From: Octopus sinensis
Taxonomy: Eukaryota
Assembly: GCF_006345805.1 (NCBI RefSeq)
Contig: NW_021832641.1
Coordinates: 1 to 30,134 of the forward strand
Length of the DNA: 30,134 bases
Direction of reading: 5' to 3'
Shown: in pieces, positions 22,291-30,134 of the stretch
Layout of the letters: each line of letters opens with the position of its first letter
Position numbering within the stretch: the first letter of the stretch is position 1
Translations under genes and position numbers: made by a program
The notes under the pieces: model-generated
The model's database searches: none
What the model was told of the DNA's origin: nothing
Seen by the model: only the letters and a program-made list of their open reading frames with translations

Positions 22291-22993
22291 CATAATAATT
22301 ATTATAACTGACTAAATAAAATCGGCACCAGTTGTATTATAATTAAGAGACATGGAAGTTAATTATAATTACAAGTAAAGCACCCGGATTTGAGGTTTGC
22401 TGTGTTTTAGTAATTCAATCTTTTCCTCCATTGCCATCCATTAATCCACCCATACAATTCATCCGGTCTCAGTACCCCATCTTCTATTGACTCTGATTAT
22501 ATTAAATTACTTTTTTTCTTTAATTATTTCATTGACACTTTTAAGAGAAAGTAAATTGAAATGTTGATTTATGCCAGCATTTTGAATTTTCATATTTCAG
22601 ATATCGAAATTATCTAATTAGTTAATTATTCAACTTCATAATTAGTTGATATTGTTGTTGTCCAACCACAAGTGAACCTTGATCAAGGAAGACCTACGGC
22701 CAAAGGCATTCCAGGCGTGACCGTCCCGTTTATTTGAAATCATCAGGATATTACATTGTCTATCGTGTTTTTTTAAAATTTCCTATAGATACTAAGGTCA
22801 GTAATGAATAATTTGGTTGTTGTTTCTAGCAGTTCCTTAATTAGTTTAAATAGTTAGTTTATTAGTTAGGTAGGTAGAATTACAAACAGTAAAACATCCG
22901 GTTCGGCGCTTTAGTGTCTCGGTTATCTGTCACTATCCTTTCATCCATCCATCCATCCAGATTCTTGAATCACCAGTAACTCCGCCCAACCCA

Positions 22994-23029
22994 ATAATAA
23001 TAATATAATAATAATAATAAATAATAATA

Positions 23030-23071
<42 letters not shown>

Positions 23072-23122
23072 TAATAATAATAATAATATAATAATAATAA
23101 TAACAATAATAATAATAATAAC

Positions 23123-23205
<83 letters not shown>

Positions 23206-23245
23206 GGATGATGATGATAAGGATGATGATGATAATAATAAATAA
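22994..23245. repeat. (AAT)n/(GAT)n microsatellite
   Basis: Directly visible. Confidence 0.95.
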
Positions 23246-23711
23246 ATATACAAGAACAAAAATATTTATAAATGAAAAATAGAAAATAGAAATGAAAGCA
23301 ACGAAAAAACAATCATGACCACAAGCTTAAAAGAAGTCATAGCGAACAAACAAATAAATAAATAAAACAATTGTCCGACCGACCGACCATTCAATTGTCC
23401 GATCATCAGACCGACCGACCGACCGATTATCTGGCCGGTCAGTATTATTAAAAGAACAGGCGTCGTACGAGAGAAGATATGACAGTAAACTGGTGAATTG
23501 TCGATGATAGATAAGAGAATAATGAAGACAGATTAATGTAATGCTCAATGGTGCATGCTAAGTTGAGGGACATAACGGAAAACAGTTTTTAGATGATTGC
23601 TATTAATTGGATACTATCAACGAACATACACTGCTTATAGGCACACAACATACAGCACACACAACCTACAAAACACAAAACAATATACAACACACGACAT
23701 ATAATACATGC

Positions 23712-23714
<3 letters not shown>

Positions 23715-23755
<41 letters not shown>

Positions 23756-23776
23756 CAGAATATAATATATATATAT

Positions 23777-23809
<33 letters not shown>

Positions 23810-23821
23810 GAGACAGAATAT

Positions 23822-23855
<34 letters not shown>

Positions 23856-23885
23856 GAGAGAGAATATAATATACAAATATATATA
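23715..23885. repeat. (TA)n-based minisatellite, three units anchored by tgaga(c/g)agaatataat
   Basis: The anchor recurs at about 23751, 23808 and 23855. Confidence 0.85.
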
Positions 23886-24204
23886 TAAAAAATACGTCAA
23901 TAATATAGTCAACAGGGAATTTTATTATTTTATTTTATCTATTAATTGTGTTTAGTTTTTTTTTAACTGGAAATGCTATGGAGAGAAAGTTTCTCTCTTT
24001 CTATTCCTTTCTCGCACTCTCTTTTATCATGCACCCTCTCTCTCTCTCTCTCTCTCTCTCTTTGTGTATCTTCCTCCCTCCCCTCTTTCACTTCGTATCT
24101 CTCTTTGTGTCTCTGTCTTTCCCTCCCTCACCCCAGCAGGCATGTTGCTCTAAATGATAATCGAATTCGGCACCTCATAATTAACGATCCTCAATTGTCA
24201 CTAT

Positions 24205-24908
24205 ACTAATACATACATACATACATACATACATACATACATACATACATACATACATACATACATACATACATACATTCATACATACACATATACATGC
24301 ATACATACATACATTCATACATACATACATACATACAAGCATACATACATTCATACATACACATACATACATACATACTTACATACATAGAAGCATACAT
24401 ACATTCATACATACACACATACATACATACATATATTCATACATACATACATACATACACATACATACATAGATAACTACATACACACATACACATACAT
24501 ACACACATACATACATACATACATATATTCATACATACATACATTACATACACACATACATACATGCATGCATACATACATACGTACATACAAGCATACA
24601 TACATACATACATACATACATAACATACATACACACACACATACATACATACATACATACATACATACATACATACACATACACATATGTGTATGTACAT
24701 ATACATGCTACACACTCGCATGTATGTGTGTGCATATATAATATATATGTGTATATATGCATACATAATATATTAACTACTATACAGATATATCGATATG
24801 TGGATATCGATGTGTCTACATATCGATATATCTATACATACACATACGTGCATATATGTGTGCCTGTGTATCTGTGTCTGTGTCTGTGTATGTGTGTGCG
24901 TGTCTGTG

Positions 24909-24947
<39 letters not shown>

Positions 24948-24971
24948 TGTATGTATATATCTATGTATGGA

Positions 24972-25029
<58 letters not shown>

Positions 25030-25170
25030 AATGTATACATATACATAATTAAATACATATATACCTACAAACATACATACATGTATATATATATAATATA
25101 TAATATATATATATATATGTACGTATGCATGTTTTATGTATGTATGTGTATGTATGTTTGCGTGTATATA
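24205..25170. repeat. Long (TACA)n followed by (TA)/(TG) low-complexity region
   Basis: Directly visible. It generates the many MYVC/HTYI ORFs. Confidence 0.95.
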
Positions 25171-25884
25171 TGTATGTATGTATGTACACGCTGCACGTAC
25201 GCACATTCGTATGCACACTCCCACAAATTGACACAAACTTACCCCATCGTCCTACAAAACACTCTCCCGCACAACTTTATTTGCACCCAAAAGGCACTCC
25301 TGCGGGCTTCTTTCTATCTCAGTGTATCTATTTTTTTCTCTTTCTCTTCATCTCATTATCTGCCTGTCTTCCTCTTCTCTTAGTTTCTCTTCCTTTTGTC
25401 TCTCTCTGCTTCACACTCTGTCCCCAACCCATTTTCAAATGACAGCGTTTGAATGGAGTCTGTCATAACACGCGAAGCCAGCCAGCTTTGTCTCATCTTT
25501 TCTTCAGGAAATGAATAAATTATGGAGCTCACACGCACACATAACGCACAAGACATACACATACAAACACCAACATATGTGCTCATACACATCCACCGAG
25601 AGATGTACATACAAACACGCGTGCGCATACACACATAAATGCAACTATCATATTCGAACATATGCATAAAGTACTCGTATACACAACTGCGCAAGCATAC
25701 AACCAACCAATCACACACCCACGCATGTGTTTTCGGTCACTCACACACACAGATATGGGCTATTATTATAGTTCACATATGCAGAGATACCATCATGCAA
25801 GCACAGCATACGCACACTTTTTATCTATTCTCTCTCTCATACAAACACACAGACCCACATGCAGTTTAATATTGAAACGTACTT

Positions 25885-26035
25885 GTATGCATATATGTAC
25901 ATACATACATACATACATACATACATACATGCACACACACATACTTACATACATAAATACATACATACATACATACATACTACATACATACATACATACA
26001 TACATACATACATACATACATACATACATACATAA
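25885..26035. repeat. (TACA)n microsatellite
   Basis: Directly visible. Confidence 0.95.
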
Positions 26036-26053
26036 ATGTAAATATATATTTTA

Positions 26054-26455
26054 GGCGCAGGAATGGCTGTGTGGTAAGTAGCTTGCTTACCAACCACATG
26101 GTTCCGGGTTCAGTCCCACTGTGTGACACCTTGGGTAAGTGTCTTCTACTATAGCCTCGGGCCAACCAAAGCCTTGTGAGTGGATTTGGTAGACGGAAAC
26201 TGAAAGAAGCCCGTCGTATATATGTGTATACATATATGTGATGGTGTGTATGTTTGTGTGTCTGTGTTTGTCCCCCAACATCACATGACAACCGATGCTG
26301 ATGTGTTTACGTCCCTGTAACTTAGCGGTTCGGCAAAACAGACCGATAGAATAAGTACTAGGATTACAAAGAATAAGTCCTGGAGTCGATTTGCTTGACT
26401 AAAAGCGGTGCTCCATCATGGCCGCAGTCAAATGACTGAAACAAGTAAAAGAGTA
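26054..26455 (+). mobile_element. Full-length tRNA-derived SINE with internal TA/TG tract
   Basis: A-box-like tggctgtgtggtaag and B-box-like gggttcagtcc, then a body, a central microsatellite and a 3' tail ...aaatgactgaaacaagtaaaagagta. Two other fragments of the family are in the window (1893, 6747). Confidence 0.88.
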
Positions 26456-27164
26456 ATATTCATCTGGACACACACTCACGTTTCTAAACAAATGCATACG
26501 CATATGAAGAAGGATGCGTGTGTGTGTTTATGTGTGTGTTTGCAGCATACATCCACCTAGCTCGCTCGATCGTATCGTCAGCGATGTAGCATGGAACCAC
26601 CGAGTGCTTTCTTCAGGCACCCACCAGACACCCAGGTGAGCCCCAGCAATATCACTCAGACGCCGTACTTACCAGTCGCATTAACCGCTCGCACATAAGC
26701 CCTTTTCATCTAAAACCTAAAACCTTTTGGTGACTTCCTCCTTGGATACGCTCGTGGACTAAATTATTTTTCTTTGCCATCGATGTTATATCCCTTACAG
26801 ACCACTCTATGTACTTTTTGGTGCGCCTCCAGTTTCTGTTTTAGAACTATTCTAGTTCCCAGTATTCTGTGCATTTCTTGTAATGTTCACACACACACAC
26901 ACATTCGTATGTGTGTATACTTACATGCCTATACGTATATATATTAGTACATACACACACGCGCGCGCGCACACACACACACACATATACACACACGTTC
27001 ATATATTTGTGTATTATATATATTGTTATATTTCGGAATGGTCATTTTGCCAGTTTAGCCAATAAAAACACACGCACTATATATTTGGTGTTATTTTGCT
27101 TCAGTGTTATTTATTTTTTACATTAATCTTAATCTTATTTCGGCCAGAGTTCTTGTATGGCCGA

Positions 27165-27237
<73 letters not shown>

Positions 27238-27243
27238 GTAGTA

Positions 27244-27317
<74 letters not shown>
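27165..27317. repeat. (AAT)n tract, ~150 bp, target of the adjacent retrotransposon
   Basis: Directly visible, nearly pure. Confidence 0.95.
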
Positions 27318-27321
<4 letters not shown>

Positions 27322-28660
27322 TAGATCAATACTAAACACAGAGCTCAATGCTAAAAACAAGATAATAGGTATCAACACTTTACCTGTCCCAGTTATAAGT
27401 TACAGCTACAATATCCTTAACTGGACACGAAATGAACTGACCAAAATAGATAGGAAAACAAGAAAAATAATGACAGGATCTAGGATGCATCACCCAAAAT
27501 CTGACATAGAAAGACTATATATACAACGTATAGAAGGTGGTAGAGGCCTTATACAGCTGGAAAACTACTATAAAATAACCACCATAGGACTGCAAAAATA
27601 TCTACTTCAGAAGGAAGGAAAACTGATCCAGATAGCGGCAAAACACGAGCAAAACAAAAAACTGTTCTCAGTATTTAAGGAAGCTGACAAATACAAACAA
27701 GAAATCATACCACCTAATAAACATGAAGAAGAAGAAGAAATGAAAAACAACAAAAGCTATAAAACAATGAAATCCAAACTAAAAATAGAACAGCAACGAA
27801 CCATGATAAAACGATGGCAAGAAAAGCCCCTTCATGGTAAATCTGGACTAAACTAAACGCAAAAGAAATAGACAAAGAAAAATCCCAGCAATGGTTGAGA
27901 AGCTCAGGACTCAAGCAAAGCAGAGGGATTTTTAATTACAGCACAAGACCAGAAATTACCAAAAACATGTAATGAAAAGAAATATTACAAGTAACTGCAG
28001 AATATGTGGAGATGGACAAGAAACAATAAATCATATTATCTCTAGCTGCCCAGTCCTGGCTAAGAAGGAATATATTCACAGACATGACAGAGTTGGAACC
28101 TACATACATTGGAAGCTATGCCAACATTATGGAATAACAACAGAAAAAAGATGGTATAGGCACACACCAGAAAAAGGTCACAGAAAACGAGAAAGCAACC
28201 ATACTCTGGGATATGCCGATACACACAGATAGAAAAATTAAGGCCAACAGACCAGATATAGTTGTCAGAGACCATGAAGAAAAAAAATGCTTTCTAATTG
28301 ATGTATCAATACCGGCTGATGACAACGTGTTTCTAAAAGAAATGGAGAAACTCTCAAAATACAAAGACCTGGAAATAGAGGCAACTAGATGTGGAATCTG
28401 AAAACAGAAACAATTCCTATCATAGTAGGTGCATTAGGCATGATAAAAAATATTCAGACAAATACATAACAAAAACACCAGGACTTACAAACACATATAA
28501 CATACAGAAAATTGCACTACTAGACACTGCACACATCCTACGCAGAACACTTTCCATACAATAACCATCAGAGCATCACAACAAATCACAGCACATACCC
28601 AAGGCACACAGAGCTGCGCTCGGTAGTGAAGTGAAAGCACGTTATAAAATAAAACTACTG
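27318..28660 (+). mobile_element. 5'-truncated R4/Dong-like retrotransposon, subfamily gamma, copy 2
   Basis: Highly similar inverted homologue of about 12664-14025, with the same peptides (HPKSDIERLYIQRIEGGRGL, CRICGDGQETINHIISSC) and the same 3' end aaaactactg(AAT)n. It carries a private 14 bp deletion near 27950. Confidence 0.96.
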
Positions 28661-28806
28661 AATAATAATAATAATAATAATAATATAATAATAATATAAT
28701 AATAATAATATATACATATGCATACATATATACATATATACATTGAGCACTTCCTCTTACCCCCATTTTAGTTTCTCTCTCCCTTTCACTCCCTTATATT
28801 TATACG

Positions 28807-28812
28807 TTATGT

Positions 28813-28868
<56 letters not shown>
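28807..28868. repeat. (TG)n microsatellite
   Basis: Directly visible. Confidence 0.95.
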
Positions 28869-28872
<4 letters not shown>

Positions 28873-29694
28873 GTGATTGTGTATACTTTCTTGTATATTC
28901 GTAACCCTATACATACATGTAGCAATTCGATAAATAGACTTCGATGAAATAATGAAATATATAAATCCACCCCTTGGAAGCGATGCCGCTGCATGTTCAC
29001 AGACTGAAAGCCTAGAATAAATAAACGACGAAGTCACATGTCACAACTGATAGCAAAAACTCAAACAGCAACTACAGCAGCAGCAGCTACAATCCTTACA
29101 GCTATTGCTAACAAAACCACCGGGGTCAACGAAAACAACAGCAAAAACAGCTCGTGTATTATTAGAAACAGCCCAAACTTCTTAGTCTGTTATTCTTACC
29201 AGAGGGTAACATCGGCTTCTCTCTAAAATCAAAGTTTATGAATTTATGTAAAAGAAGGACACATAGAAACCAAAGGATGCGGCTGAGCATTAGCAGGGAA
29301 CGTTTTTGAAAATAGGAATACTTGATCGGGGTTGGCTACAGTTCATATTACTGCTAATGCTATTTTATTGTTCAATCCCCAGAACTGCTCAGATCAAGCA
29401 AAGCCAAGATGATCAATATGTGAACATTCCGTCTTTCATTCAGGATTGGGTTATGTTATCCTGGATACTCTACGACTAAATAAATAATAGGATTGCTCAC
29501 TGATTGATAATCTTGGTTAGTTTGGTGGTGAAAAATTAGATATAGCGAATTCATGTTTTCCTTCAAAATACACCCCCAACTGAGGACTACATTGACTACT
29601 GTAGTTTCAGGTAAACTGTATACCAAAATATGGACGCGGTGGTCACGGTTGGCAACGCTTTGGATCTGCTCATACAGGCTGACTTTGAACTAAA

Positions 29695-29909
29695 TGACAA
29701 GAACCACCACCACCATCACCACCATCATAACCACTACCACAACCACAGCAGCGACAGCAGCAACAACAACAACAACAACAGCTACAACAACAGCTAATAA
29801 TGATAACAAAATATACAATTCAACAACAATAACCACAAATAATATGAGCAACATCCGAAAGAGAGAAAAGACAGGAACAAAAACTGAAAATCATAATCAA
29901 CAATAACAA

Positions 29910-29945
<36 letters not shown>
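29695..29945. repeat. (ACC)/(AAC)/(AGC)/(AAT) compound microsatellite
   Basis: Directly visible. Confidence 0.9.
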
Positions 29946-30134
29946 TCAATACACATTGCGCTATAATTACAAATAAAAAATAACCAGATGAAAGGCGAGA
30001 TGCGAAATTAATGAGAATCTCTAGATTTCCGTGAGTGTGTGCATGTGTGTGCGTGTGTGTGCACGCTCGTTTCCATGTGTGCTTTTGTTAGTGCGTCCAC
30101 ACAGCTTTGTGTTTGTATATCTGTGTGGATGTTG

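Noticed and set aside
22650-22840. Possible degenerate interspersed repeat with an inverted relative near 29630-29700
   Set aside because: The similarity (ggtcacg..tgg..gc.tttgg) is too short and diverged to define boundaries.
24181-25383. Many overlapping MYVC/HTYI/YIYI ORFs
   Set aside because: These are translations of TACA and TA repeats.

Overview
A 30 kb eukaryotic, AT-rich window made almost entirely of repeats and microsatellites, with no confidently identifiable host gene (probably intergenic or a large intron). The repeat types (tRNA-headed SINEs, TACA/TA and compound trinucleotide microsatellites) resemble a coleoid cephalopod such as Octopus; this is inference from recognition, not a search. 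The main structure is a cluster of five non-LTR retrotransposons with a restriction-like endonuclease (RLE), R4/Dong-like, from three subfamilies. Two are near full-length at about 4 kb and three are 5'-truncated. With them are two copies of a ~550 bp non-coding element and a head-to-head fused tRNA-derived mini-SINE. All of these lie in (TAA)n tracts and all face the same way relative to the TAA strand, and the tract polarity flips at the mini-SINE hairpin (20936-21028). The left 7 kb holds Penelope-like GIY-YIG relics, a candidate minimal hammerhead ribozyme, a 137 bp near-perfect palindrome, Tc1/mariner-like termini with a 177 bp inverted repeat, and two adjacent DINE-1/HINE-type elements. 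Almost all short ORFs in the supplied track are microsatellite artefacts or retroelement fragments. Coordinates and identity values were read by eye and may be off by a few bases.
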